Below, one piece after another: positions 1-9,062 of a stretch of DNA of 38,976 nt (the first letter of the stretch is position 1; each line of letters starts with the position of its first letter). A program made the position numbers and the translations under genes. This DNA is from a virus (lineage: Duplodnaviria; Caudoviricetes), in the IMG/VR virus record IMGVR_UViG_3300017565_000013, positions 1 to 38,976 of that record. One strand, given 5' to 3'. The notes beneath the pieces were generated by a model that ran no database searches, was not told the origin of the DNA, and saw only the letters and a program-made list of their open reading frames with translations.

Positions 1-123
1 AAGTGTTGGAGTTCAACATGCGGATGGACGACGTGAGCGACCTACCGTTCCCTGTTGGAACGACGCTCACGCAGGAGCAGGCCGCGGTACTCAAGGCGTA
101 CAACGCGCACGACGTGACGGCGA
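1..123. repeat. Terminal direct repeat, copy 1 (circular overlap)
   Basis: Identical to 38854-38976; lies inside the polymerase ORF, consistent with a circular assembly overlap. Confidence 0.95.
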
Positions 124-1463
124 CCAAGCGCTTCTATCACGAATCGGTGGACATGATCCGTTTTCGCGAGGAGATGTGTGTCAAGCACCCCGAGAAGGAT
201 TGGATCAACTTCAACGACACGAAGATCGGCAAGGAGTACTTTACGCTGCGCCTCGAAGGTGCTGGGGTGCAGTGCTACGACTTCGGACCCGAGGGGCGCC
301 AGCCGCGCCAGACCAAGCGCACCAGCATCGCGCTGCGTGACGCCATCCTTCCGTGGATCACGTTCGAGCAGCCCGAGTTTCAGCGCGTGATCGGCTGGTT
401 GAAGGATCAGGAGATCACTGAGACGAAGGGTGTGTTCAACGACATCGTTGCTCGCGTGGAGGGATTCGACTTCGTGTTCGGTCTCGGTGGTATCCACGGG
501 TCTGTGGAGAACGAGATCGTGCGTTCCACCGATGACGTTGAGGTGGTGGACCTCGATGTGACCAGCTACTACCCGAACCTGGCGATCGCGAACAACTTCC
601 ACCCCGCGCACCTGGGCGAAACCTTTGCGACGATCTACCGCGATCTGTTCGAGCAGCGGAAAAAGTACCCGAAGAAGTCGGCCGAATCAGCGATGCTCAA
701 GCTCGCGCTCAACGGCGTGTACGGGGACTCGAACAACCGGTTCAGTGTGTTCTACGACCCGCTCTACACAATGACGATCACGCTCAACGGACAGCTCCTG
801 CTGTGCCTGCTGTGCGAGATGATGTTGAGGCACGTGCCGGGCCTGTCCATGGTGCAGGTGAACACTGACGGCGCGACCTTCCGCGTTCCGCGCACCTCGC
901 GCGCAGTGTTCGAGCAGGTGCGCGAGTGGTGGCAGACGCAGACGAATCTCAATCTCGAAGAAGCGACGTACTCAGCGATGTTCGTGCGCGACGTGAACAG
1001 CTACATCGCGCAGTTCACCGACGGCCGCGTGAAGCGCAAGGGCGCCTACGAGCATGATCTGGAGTGGCACCAGAATCACGGTTCCCTCGTGGTCCCTAAG
1101 GTCGCTGAAAAGGTGCTGCTCGAAGGCGCGCCGATCCGCGCGACGGTGGAGCAGTGGCCCGATCTTCACGACTTCCTGCTGCGCACGAAGGTGCCGCGGT
1201 CGAGCCATCTGGTCATCGAGCACGGCGGCGCAGAGCCCGAGAAGCTACCGAACACCTGCAGGTACCACATCGCGCGCGACGGCGGTCGGTTGTTCAAGTG
1301 GATGCCTCCGCTTGCGAGAAAGCCGAACGAGTGGCGCAGGATCGGCGTTGAGTCGGGGTGGAACGTGAGGGTCTGCAACGACATCCGCGACGCAAAGCGC
1401 GATGCGGTGGATCACGACTACTACATCCAGGAGATCGAAAAGTTATGCAATATCCTCAACTGA
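1..1463 (+). CDS. Family-B DNA polymerase, 3' part (full gene 38451-38853 + 1-1463, 621 aa)
   Basis: ExoIII YNAHDV; motif A DLDVTSYYP; motif B KLALNGVYG; motif C VNTDG; KRKG; frame continuous across the junction. Confidence 0.9.
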   Translation, partial: VLEFNMRMDDVSDLPFPVGTTLTQEQAAVLKAYNAHDVTATKRFYHESVDMIRFREEMCVKHPEKDWINFNDTKIGKEYFTLRLEGAGVQCYDFGPEGRQPRQTKRTSIALRDAILPWITFEQPEFQRVIGWLKDQEITETKGVFNDIVARVEGFDFVFGLGGIHGSVENEIVRSTDDVEVVDLDVTSYYPNLAIANNFHPAHLGETFATIYRDLFEQRKKYPKKSAESAMLKLALNGVYGDSNNRFSVFYDPLYTMTITLNGQLLLCLLCEMMLRHVPGLSMVQVNTDGATFRVPRTSRAVFEQVREWWQTQTNLNLEEATYSAMFVRDVNSYIAQFTDGRVKRKGAYEHDLEWHQNHGSLVVPKVAEKVLLEGAPIRATVEQWPDLHDFLLRTKVPRSSHLVIEHGGAEPEKLPNTCRYHIARDGGRLFKWMPPLARKPNEWRRIGVESGWNVRVCNDIRDAKRDAVDHDYYIQEIEKLCNILN

Positions 1464-1651
1464 TTAATGCCACGCAGGGTCATCGGTACAAGCTCGACGG
1501 GCGCGATGTGATCGCTCTAGAGTCAAGCCCGACGCCGAGGATCGCGTACATCGATCCTGTGTGGAATTGGCTCGGTGAGCGCAGTGTCTGCGATGCCGCT
1601 GATCTTGTGCCCCAGCCGATGCGCTACTTTCATGGAGACACGCCGCGATGA
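1445..1651 (+). CDS. Hypothetical protein (68 aa, MQYPQL...)
   Basis: GGAG upstream of ATG 1445; overlaps the polymerase stop; ATGA-coupled to next ORF. Confidence 0.65.
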   Translation: MQYPQLINATQGHRYKLDGRDVIALESSPTPRIAYIDPVWNWLGERSVCDAADLVPQPMRYFHGDTPR

Positions 1652-1818
1652 ACATCTTTCCTGACCTGCCGCCCGAGTACCGTCTCGACCTGGCGCCGAA
1701 CAACGTCATCATCGCCACGCATCCGGTCCTGCCGACGCTCTATCTCAACGAGAAAACGCACGAGTTCGAGAAGCTGGAGAAGCATGTTTCGGAGGTGAAC
1801 ACCGATGCTCGAACGTGA
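1648..1818 (+). CDS. Hypothetical protein (56 aa, MNIFPDLPPEY...)
   Basis: Read manually (below the ORF track cut-off); GGAG upstream, ATGA overlap, fills the gap before VRR-NUC. Confidence 0.6.
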   Translation: MNIFPDLPPEYRLDLAPNNVIIATHPVLPTLYLNEKTHEFEKLEKHVSEVNTDART

Positions 1819-2113
1819 CATCGAGTCGCGCAGCCGCAAGCGCGCCGCTTCGCGCAACCTGCGCATGATGAAGTTCACCAGCCCTGGTCATGCCTTCGTG
1901 CCAGACGACATCATCATGGCGCCGATCCCCGAACTGCTGCGACCCATTGTGGCGCGGTACTTCCGGTTCGCCGAGTTCAAGCAGGAGGGGAAGAAGCCGA
2001 CCCCGATGCAGCGACGCGAGCACGAGCGGCTGCGCGAGATGGGGTTCACCGTCGAGGTGGTGGATTCGCTCGATGCGGCGGATCGCGTGTTCGGTGAGAT
2101 GGGGGGTCAGTGA
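1805..2113 (+). CDS. VRR-NUC domain nuclease
   Basis: MLERDIE...KFTSPG...VPD...FAEFKQEGKKPTPMQ pattern; located between polymerase and helicase. Confidence 0.85.
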   Translation: MLERDIESRSRKRAASRNLRMMKFTSPGHAFVPDDIIMAPIPELLRPIVARYFRFAEFKQEGKKPTPMQRREHERLREMGFTVEVVDSLDAADRVFGEMGGQ

Positions 2114-3567
2114 TGTTGATGCGCGTCGAACCGAAGCTGCGCGACCCATCGTGCCTGCACGGCTACCAGCAAAAGGCGATCCACTTCCAATGCACCAATC
2201 CTCACTCCATGATGTGGATTTCAATGGGGCTTGGAAAAACGGTCATCACGCTCACCAGCATCGCGCATCTGCTGGCCACGAAGTTCCTGCGCGGCGTGAT
2301 CATCGTCGCACCGATCCGCGTGTGCCGCCTCGTCTGGCGCCAGGAGGCCGCGCGATGGTCGCACACCAAGCACCTGCGCTTCAGCATGGTCACAGGTACG
2401 CGTGATCAGCGCACCCGGGCGCTGCTGCGCCCCGCGGACGTGTACCTTATCAACTACGAGTGCTTGGGATGGCTCGCTGAGACCCTGCGCACCTACTATC
2501 TCGACAAGGGCAGGCCTGCGCCGTTCAATGGTCTCGTGTGGGACGAGATCAGCAAGATGAAGAACTCGGCGACTCAGCGCGTCAAGTCCCTCATCGACAT
2601 CCGCACCGGTAAGGGTGCGATCAACTGCTTCGACTGGATCACTGGCCTCACCGGCACACCTGCGTCGAACGGGTATCAGGACCTGCACGGCCAGTACCTC
2701 GTGGTCGACAAGGGTCAGAGACTCGGCACGAGCAAGACCAAGTTCATGACCGAGTGGTACAAGAAGGCCGATCCGCAGGGTCGCAAGGTCATCGCGTACA
2801 AGGACACTGAGGACCGCATCAAGCAGCTCATCAGCGACATCACGCTGGAGATGAGCGCGGAGGACTACAACCCGCTGCCCGACATGATCGTCAACGACAT
2901 CGAGGTAGAGATGCCGCCAGAGTTGCGGGTGAAGTACGACCAGATGGAGAAGACCTTTTTCCTGCAGCTCGACAGCGGCAAGGGCAAGGAGATGTTCAAC
3001 CAGGCGTCGCTCACGAACTCATGCCTGCAGTTCTCCAACGGTGCGGTGTACCCCATCGCAGGCATGCCGATGTGGGAGGCGGTGCACGACTTGAAGCTCG
3101 ATGCGCTGGAGGACTTGATCGAGGAGGCCAATGGTCAGCCGGTCCTGTGTGCCTACGCATATCGATCCGACGCCGAGCGGATCATGAAGCGCTTTGCCGA
3201 GCTGGACCCGATCAACCTCACCGACTGCAAGTCCGAGGGTGCCCTGGCGAACGCGATGGCTCGATGGGCCAGTGGGAACTGCCGACTCATGATCGGCCAT
3301 CCCGCGTCCATGGGTCACGGCGTGGACGGCCTGCAGAAGATGGGTCACATTCTCTGCTGGTTCGGCCTCACGTGGTCGCTGGACCTGTACGAGCAGTTCA
3401 ACGCGCGCATTCGACGCCAGGGACAAGGCGTTCCGGTAATCTGTCATCGGATACTGTGCACTGACACAATGGACCAGGCCCAAGCAATCGCGCTCAACGA
3501 CAAGGCGCAGACTCAGGAGTCACTGCGAAACGCGGTGAAACAATACCGGGCGATGAAAGGCGCTTGA
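2110..3567 (+). CDS. SNF2-like superfamily II helicase
   Basis: MGLGKT, WDEIS, LTGTP, HPASMGHGVDGLQ and QFNARIRRQGQ motifs. Confidence 0.92.
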   Translation: MMLMRVEPKLRDPSCLHGYQQKAIHFQCTNPHSMMWISMGLGKTVITLTSIAHLLATKFLRGVIIVAPIRVCRLVWRQEAARWSHTKHLRFSMVTGTRDQRTRALLRPADVYLINYECLGWLAETLRTYYLDKGRPAPFNGLVWDEISKMKNSATQRVKSLIDIRTGKGAINCFDWITGLTGTPASNGYQDLHGQYLVVDKGQRLGTSKTKFMTEWYKKADPQGRKVIAYKDTEDRIKQLISDITLEMSAEDYNPLPDMIVNDIEVEMPPELRVKYDQMEKTFFLQLDSGKGKEMFNQASLTNSCLQFSNGAVYPIAGMPMWEAVHDLKLDALEDLIEEANGQPVLCAYAYRSDAERIMKRFAELDPINLTDCKSEGALANAMARWASGNCRLMIGHPASMGHGVDGLQKMGHILCWFGLTWSLDLYEQFNARIRRQGQGVPVICHRILCTDTMDQAQAIALNDKAQTQESLRNAVKQYRAMKGA

Positions 3568-3594
3568 CCCGGTGGGGTCAGATCGTGGTACAGT
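3564..3594 (+). promoter_or_regulatory. Putative extended -10 promoter containing palindrome TGACCC-GGTG-GGGTCA
   Basis: TTGACC 3564-3569; TGgTACAGT 3586-3594 (19-nt spacer, long); RBS TAAGGAG before ATG 3620. Confidence 0.55.
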
Positions 3595-3619
3595 GTGTCA
3601 CATTGACTAAGGAGATGAC

Positions 3620-4879
3620 ATGAACATCATCGAACAGGCGATTGAAGCGCTAGAGCGCTGGGCCGACCTGATCATTTATCAATACAGCGGTTCCAGCGAG
3701 GCGATGAGTGACCTACAGGAAGCCGACAACTTCGGTCAGCAAGCCCTCTACGCCCTCCACACCCTCAAAGCCCACCAGCAGGCTGCGCAGGATGTGGAGC
3801 TGCCGGAGCCTGCGCTTTGGTTCGACCCCGAAACAGGCCACTGGAAGAAGTTGACCAAGCCGGATCGCCCTACCTACGAGGCGTACTACACCGCCGACCA
3901 GATGCGAGCCGCCATCGAAGCCCACCAGGCGCGGCAGGCAGTGCCGCAGGTGGACCGCCTGGCGCAGATCATCCGAACGGTTGACGGCTCCCACACCCTC
4001 GGGGCCGGGGCGCTGGCGGAAAAGATCGTTGAATCGCTCGCCGCCGCACCCACTCCAGAGGCCAGCCAGCCCGAGCGCTCCAGAAGTCAACGACTGCGTA
4101 ATGCTGGCTTTACACCTCGGCCATCGTGGCGCGCCCTGCCGTCGGATGACGACACCCAGCCAGAACGCGTGACCATGTGCCCGGAGACCGAAACCCCGTG
4201 CACGACGTGCCCAACGCGAGGCGTCCCCTGTGAGGCCACCCAGCCGACGCAGGCCCACGACCTGTATACCGACGCCGACAAAGACCGGCCTGCCGTGATC
4301 TGCGACCGGAACGGCTCCGTGACTCTCAGCTTGTGCAAGCGATGCGGCAAAGGGGAGGCGCAACTTGATGGCCCCTGCCAGCCCGCGCAAGCCGAAGCGC
4401 CGATACCCGAGCCGCTACTGCGTGCAATTCGTGAAGCGGGCCTGACGTTGCTCAAGACGCAATCCGGCTACCAGCTTCGCAAGGTGGGCCCGGCTGTTGC
4501 TCAGGCAGCTATCCAGCCCACGCAAGCCGAAGCGCCGCAGACCTTCGCCGAATGGCTGAACGATCGCCGAGACCAGCGGGTGGCAGAAGTCTTTCTCGAC
4601 GTCTGCTTGCGGGTGGCGGAAGAAATCAACGCCACCCACCCCGCCCCCGAGCAGGTGGAGCTGAGCGAGGACGCGGAACGGTATCGCTGGCTGTTCGGCG
4701 CGCGGACAGCCGAAGAATGCGCAAATGCCAATGTGACCAATACGGTCTATGCGCCACCGAAGGAACAGGACAAAGTGATGGCCGCGCTGTTTAGCTTCTA
4801 CATCTGCAAGGAAGACGCTGACACCACCATCGACGCCGCCCGCGAGGCCCAGGCCACGAAAGGCGGTGAGGCAGCATGA
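3620..4879 (+). CDS. Mosaic hypothetical accessory protein (419 aa) with repeated Q/P/A linkers
   Basis: Strong RBS; linkers QPTQA, QPAQAEAP, QPTQAEAP and QPER separate short unrelated modules. Confidence 0.8.
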   Translation: MNIIEQAIEALERWADLIIYQYSGSSEAMSDLQEADNFGQQALYALHTLKAHQQAAQDVELPEPALWFDPETGHWKKLTKPDRPTYEAYYTADQMRAAIEAHQARQAVPQVDRLAQIIRTVDGSHTLGAGALAEKIVESLAAAPTPEASQPERSRSQRLRNAGFTPRPSWRALPSDDDTQPERVTMCPETETPCTTCPTRGVPCEATQPTQAHDLYTDADKDRPAVICDRNGSVTLSLCKRCGKGEAQLDGPCQPAQAEAPIPEPLLRAIREAGLTLLKTQSGYQLRKVGPAVAQAAIQPTQAEAPQTFAEWLNDRRDQRVAEVFLDVCLRVAEEINATHPAPEQVELSEDAERYRWLFGARTAEECANANVTNTVYAPPKEQDKVMAALFSFYICKEDADTTIDAAREAQATKGGEAA

Positions 4880-5139
4880 GCGCCCCAATGACCTTGGTAG
4901 AGCTTGGTGAGCTGATCCGCCACATCAACGCCTACCACAGCCCAGCCAATTCCCCTCGCGGCCGTAGAGTGGTGAAGTACATCGACCCTCACATCGACAA
5001 CCGTGACGGAAAGTGCTTCTCCATCGGCCTGCGCGGCTACGGCTGGGAGCAGCTTTTCCATACTCAGAACGAGTGCCGGGACTTGCCCGAGTCGTTGCAA
5101 CAGCGAGTCCTTGCCTTTCTCGCCAAGGAGTTCCCATGA
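4876..5139 (+). CDS. Hypothetical protein (87 aa)
   Basis: ATGA overlaps at both ends; GAGG RBS. Confidence 0.7.
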   Translation: MSAPMTLVELGELIRHINAYHSPANSPRGRRVVKYIDPHIDNRDGKCFSIGLRGYGWEQLFHTQNECRDLPESLQQRVLAFLAKEFP

Positions 5140-5651
5140 CCACCTCAAACACCGAACTGGCGGCGCAGGCGCGTCGAGCAGCAGCCAAAGCCGACATATC
5201 GGCCGGCTGCGGGGCAGTCATGGGTCACGGCGAGAGCTGCGTGGAGGGCCGGCTCTGCCAGGGCTGCCGGCGGAACAAAGAATCCGCCGACCTCTTGCGC
5301 CAGCTCGCCGATGCCGTGGAGAGCAAGACAGAGCCGGTGATGATCTATCGCGGCCGCCACATCATCGACTGCGGCGAGTTCGGCAGCCACGACATGGAAA
5401 TGCTCAAGCTGATCCCGGCGGGCACGAAGCTCTACGCCGCCCCCGTGCAGCCAGAGAAGGACGAGCGCAAGCCGGGCGGATGCACCTGGGCCTACGAGGA
5501 TGAGCCCACCTACGCCTGGCGCACCGGCTGCGGGAATCTGTGGGCATTCACCGATGGAGGCCCCGAGGACAACGGAACGAAGTTCTGCCCGTACTGCGGC
5601 GGCTCGGTCGGCATTGGCTCAAGCACTGACGGAGGTAGCCCCCATGAATGA
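5136..5651 (+). CDS. Hypothetical Cys-rich protein (171 aa) with C-terminal zinc ribbon
   Basis: AAGGAG before ATG 5136; TGCG...KFCPYCG. Confidence 0.7.
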   Translation: MTTSNTELAAQARRAAAKADISAGCGAVMGHGESCVEGRLCQGCRRNKESADLLRQLADAVESKTEPVMIYRGRHIIDCGEFGSHDMEMLKLIPAGTKLYAAPVQPEKDERKPGGCTWAYEDEPTYAWRTGCGNLWAFTDGGPEDNGTKFCPYCGGSVGIGSSTDGGSPHE

Positions 5652-6081
5652 CAAAGCAAGAGAGGCGTTTGAACGCGAATACGAAGCCCACCTTTCCCCC
5701 GCCGAGGCCGATTGGTTTCGCCGCGAGGAGGACGACCCCGAGGAGTACTACCACGCCACGACGGCAGACGCCTGGTGGGGCTTCCGCGCCGCTCTCCAGT
5801 GGGCCGCATCACAGCAGGCAGCGGATGGGTGGAGGCCGATTGAGACGGCGCCGAAGGACGGAACTGACGTGTTGGTCATGTACATGCACATCGACACGCA
5901 GATCGTTCACAACGCCTTCTACGCATCTGAGTCCGAGGGCTGGGATGCCCAAGCTGTTGGATGGTGGTCCTACGACCACAGCGAGGTCAGCCGCATCAAG
6001 TTGGACGACTGGATGACGCCCACCCACTGGATGCCCCTCCCCGCCGCTCTCACAGCACAAGGAGAGCGCGATGAGCAGTGA
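5644..6081 (+). CDS. DUF551-like phage protein (145 aa)
   Basis: WRPIETAPKDGT...PTHWMPLP signature; GGAGG RBS. Confidence 0.8.
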   Translation: MNDKAREAFEREYEAHLSPAEADWFRREEDDPEEYYHATTADAWWGFRAALQWAASQQAADGWRPIETAPKDGTDVLVMYMHIDTQIVHNAFYASESEGWDAQAVGWWSYDHSEVSRIKLDDWMTPTHWMPLPAALTAQGERDEQ

Positions 6082-6544
6082 ACCGGATGCGCTGAGGCTT
6101 GCGCGGAAACTAGTTCACGGACCTTGGTCGAGCTGGATGGAGCATGCCGATGATCTGCTAGCCACCGCCGCAGAGCTTCGCCGCCTGCACGCCGAGAACG
6201 AGGAGCTGCGCAAGAAGGTCGGCGCTTACAAGATGCTGGAGCGTGCTCAGGCCGAGCAACTTAGCACCCTACGGGAGCAACAGGACAAGTTCCGCGAAGC
6301 CGTGGCCTCTTTGCAGTCGGAGCGTGATGCAAACGCGATCCTGACGGCAGAAATCGAGGCCGACCGTGCAGCGATGCGCGAGGCGCTGGAAGTTCTGCAG
6401 GAAGGCCGCGAGGCGTTGCAGGAGCAGGCGCAGGAGTTCCACCGCGCCATGGCCGGCTACCGGTTCGCACTCCACGAAGCCATGGACGAGTCTGTGCGCC
6501 GGGCTGATGCTGTGATCGAGAAGCTGAAAGCGAGAGTCGTATGA
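6071..6544 (+). CDS. Hypothetical coiled-coil protein (157 aa)
   Basis: AAGGAG RBS; AAELRRLHAENEELR heptads. Confidence 0.75.
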   Translation: MSSEPDALRLARKLVHGPWSSWMEHADDLLATAAELRRLHAENEELRKKVGAYKMLERAQAEQLSTLREQQDKFREAVASLQSERDANAILTAEIEADRAAMREALEVLQEGREALQEQAQEFHRAMAGYRFALHEAMDESVRRADAVIEKLKARVV

Positions 6545-6756
6545 GCTTGTTTGGGAAGACCGTCGTAGTTCGCGGCGGCATGTCGCTGGCCGACGTTGAG
6601 GTGCTACTCGAAGGGCTTCAGGAGTTCGCTAAGGTCATTCGCGACCGTCTCGATGAGCAAGACGCCCGCATCGAGAAGCTGGAGTGCGAAGTCTCCAGGC
6701 TCAAGCAGGAGCCGCGGGTGTCGTTCCGGCAGAAACTGAAAGCGAGGACGGGCTAA
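6541..6756 (+). CDS. Hypothetical protein (71 aa)
   Basis: ATGA overlap; last gene of the + strand operon. Confidence 0.65.
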   Translation: MSLFGKTVVVRGGMSLADVEVLLEGLQEFAKVIRDRLDEQDARIEKLECEVSRLKQEPRVSFRQKLKARTG

Positions 6757-7014
6757 TCACTCGCCCTGCGGAACGCACGCCATCGCAGCAGCCCGGCAAC
6801 GGTGGTATTTCCCCGCCACCTCGATCAGCTTGTCGGAGGTGGCCCCGAACGAGTCGTCAGCGAGCGGGGTCAGCGGACCGCACTGCGCCAGGATCTGCGC
6901 TGTCGGGCACAAGGGCGCCGTTGATCGCACGCAGCCCAGGCTCAGAATGGCGGCAGTCCCGATAAACAGGCTCGCGCACAATCTCGCGCTGGAGAATCTG
7001 GCGTTGCGTGACAT
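6757..7014 (-). CDS. Rz1: Outer-membrane spanin (Rz1-like lipoprotein)
   Basis: Lipobox-like LSLGC; Cys/Pro-rich; overlaps the 3' half of Rz in another frame. Confidence 0.7.
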   Translation of the reverse strand: MSRNARFSSARLCASLFIGTAAILSLGCVRSTAPLCPTAQILAQCGPLTPLADDSFGATSDKLIEVAGKYHRCRAAAMACVPQGE

Positions 7015-7204
7015 TCTTCACCTCGATCTTTGAAATGGCCTCGGCTGCGGCCCTCTGTGCCGCCTCGCCTGCGACGAGCGCCACGCGCTCCTCGCGGGCC
7101 TTCTGTGCCTCGGCGCTGTCGCTTCCGACGTTCACTCCGTAGATGAAAGACCCGATGCACAGGAGCGCCGCTCCACCGACCCCCGCGATGAGCCCGTAGC
7201 TCAT
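6857..7204 (-). CDS. Rz: Inner-membrane spanin (Rz-like)
   Basis: N-terminal TM helix, Ala-rich helical periplasmic part, C-terminal Cys; in lysis cassette. Confidence 0.75.
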   Translation of the reverse strand: MSYGLIAGVGGAALLCIGSFIYGVNVGSDSAEAQKAREERVALVAGEAAQRAAAEAISKIEVKNVTQRQILQREIVREPVYRDCRHSEPGLRAINGALVPDSADPGAVRSADPAR

Positions 7205-7413
7205 GGTTTCACCTGCCACTTGTCGTCGACCGTGGAGAAGCCGATGTAGGCACCCACCACCGAGCCGACGAACAGGTAGAAAGGCGCCGCGATGACACCA
7301 AGCTGATCGGACTCGGTGAAGATCAGGAGGACGGGGAACGTTAGGCCCGCGAGCAGCGAGCCGTAGGCCATTCGACGTCGGTGTTTCCAGCGGTCAGCGG
7401 GCGGGGTACACAT
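7201..7413 (-). CDS. Putative holin (two TM helices, 70 aa)
   Basis: WKHRRRMAY followed by two hydrophobic segments, ...YIGFSTVDDKW; directly after endolysin. Confidence 0.65.
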   Translation of the reverse strand: MCTPPADRWKHRRRMAYGSLLAGLTFPVLLIFTESDQLGVIAAPFYLFVGSVVGAYIGFSTVDDKWQVKP

Positions 7414-7783
7414 GGCGGTCCAGCTCGAAGTGGGGACCGTCCTTGAAGCTGGTCCAGTCACCACCCCACACCATGTCGACTCCGAGATCCTTCGCTGCGC
7501 GTTTCATCGCGTGCGCGATCTGGTGGTACAGAGGCCAGTCCCATCGGACCTCGCCGCCGACGTAGGCCCCGAGGTCAACCGCGTGCCCGGTGATGTGGCG
7601 GCTGTTGAGCGTGGTGGTCGCGCCGGCCTTCATCAACTCAGCCTGGCGCTCCTTGGTGCGCAGACCTTCGAGTACCGTGAAGTCCACCGGACTGATCTTG
7701 ATCGCGTGTTCCACGACGCGCACGAGGTCGGGGTGCACGCCGTTGAGACGCTGGCGGGAGCGGGTGCCGAGGAAAAAGCTCAT
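7394..7783 (-). CDS. Endolysin, peptidase M15 family (L-Ala-D-Glu peptidase-like)
   Basis: EGLRT...SRHITGHAVD...WGGDW...DGPHFEL zinc-peptidase motifs. Confidence 0.92.
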   Translation of the reverse strand: MSFFLGTRSRQRLNGVHPDLVRVVEHAIKISPVDFTVLEGLRTKERQAELMKAGATTTLNSRHITGHAVDLGAYVGGEVRWDWPLYHQIAHAMKRAAKDLGVDMVWGGDWTSFKDGPHFELDRHVYPAR

Positions 7784-8049
7784 GTCAGCGCCCCCGGTCG
7801 AGTGATCATCTTCTCCAACCGTCGATCGTGTTCCGCCTGCTCACGCTGATCACGTTTGCGCGAGAAGTGCACGTTCACCGCGACGTTGGCCACAACACCA
7901 ATGACCGCGACAATGACCCCGAGAAGTCCGAGGAAATGCGAGCTGGCGAAATACCCGGTGAGGCCGGCGATAGCACCTGCTCCTGTGGTGGCATTCGAGC
8001 TTTGCAGGAGCACCTGCTCCACTGGTTCGCGTGTGACGGCCATGATCAT
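7780..8049 (-). CDS. Putative holin/antiholin (alternative starts 8076, 8049, 8043)
   Basis: Hydrophobic LLGVIVAVIGVVANVAVNV followed by a charged tail; immediately upstream of endolysin. Confidence 0.65.
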   Translation of the reverse strand: MIMAVTREPVEQVLLQSSNATTGAGAIAGLTGYFASSHFLGLLGVIVAVIGVVANVAVNVHFSRKRDQREQAEHDRRLEKMITRPGALT

Positions 8050-8100
8050 TTCAACCTGTCCTTGCGGTGGCGGCATTCTGAGGCTCCCTGAGAATGCCCG

Positions 8101-8143
8101 ATGATACAGTGTCCCCAAGATGTGGTAAATCCACCCATCGGGT
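8101..8143 (-). promoter_or_regulatory. Putative lysis promoter with upstream palindrome
   Basis: Minus strand TTTACC-17 nt-TATCAT (8129-8101); ACCCATCGGGT at 8133-8143. Confidence 0.55.
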
Positions 8144-9054
8144 CACACCGTCGGGTTGGTGTACTTACTGTTCGTCCAATTGCTCTGGACAGATCCTGCG
8201 CAGTAACCGTTTACCGCGACCCTTTGGGCCGACGATGCGTTGGTGATGTTTCCCGCGATCACGCCTGCCCGGAGGTTCACGAATATGCAGTTTTCAATGG
8301 CCAGGCCCGCGAGGTTGCTGAAGTCCCCGCTGACATAGTTCGAGGGGACCGATGCGCTGCCTCCGACCACCAACCGACCCGTGGTGCCGCCCGCATCGAA
8401 CGTGTCCGTTCCGATGAAGTGGCAAGCCACCACACCGTACAGCTCCACCGCTCCAACGGTGCCACCGAAGATCGAACACCGGCTGATAACGATATCTCGT
8501 ACACCGATTGGTGCGGCGGTTCGGGCCGTCCCGTTGATGTAGAGCGCGCTCTGGTGGGTATTGTTCGTCTCGGTGGATAGATAGAGATTGTCGAACCGAA
8601 TGAATCCGATCACATTGGAGGCATCCGACATTGCGGTGATCAGGTGTCCTCCGCTCGTTCCGCTCCCCCCTCGAATCGCCATCCCGCAAATCTCAACCCC
8701 GTTGGCCTGGATTCGGAGGTTGAAGAGGCCGCTGTTGGCGGACGGACTGAACGCCCGGATGAGGCTTGTGGCCTGCAGCCCGTCCCCTAGGATACGGACA
8801 CCGATCTCGATGTTGTTTGGCTGAGTTGTGAACGAGTACACCCCTCTCGGGAAATAGATCGTTCGGGTGCGCGCAGTCACCGACGCGGCGTCTGCGAGGG
8901 CCGCGTTGAACGCAGGCGTCCAGTTTCCACCGACCACCTGATCCTCGTAGTCGCGCATATTGAGGAACGGCTGCGGGATTCCACCACCTCCTCCCGCGTT
9001 GATCGCGTCGATGACATCTTGCGTAAGCGCAGGGAAGCCAATTTTCTGGGTCAT
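8143..9054 (-). CDS. Tailspike/depolymerase-like beta-helix protein (pectate lyase 3-like)
   Basis: NMRDY...WTPAFNAALADA...TIYFPRGVY...ILGDG N-terminal signature, then beta-helix-like repeats. Confidence 0.75.
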   Translation of the reverse strand: MTQKIGFPALTQDVIDAINAGGGGGIPQPFLNMRDYEDQVVGGNWTPAFNAALADAASVTARTRTIYFPRGVYSFTTQPNNIEIGVRILGDGLQATSLIRAFSPSANSGLFNLRIQANGVEICGMAIRGGSGTSGGHLITAMSDASNVIGFIRFDNLYLSTETNNTHQSALYINGTARTAAPIGVRDIVISRCSIFGGTVGAVELYGVVACHFIGTDTFDAGGTTGRLVVGGSASVPSNYVSGDFSNLAGLAIENCIFVNLRAGVIAGNITNASSAQRVAVNGYCAGSVQSNWTNSKYTNPTV

Positions 9055-9062
9055 GGTGATTC

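Noticed and set aside
1-123. Biological direct terminal repeat
   Set aside because: Falls in the middle of the polymerase gene; better explained as an assembly overlap
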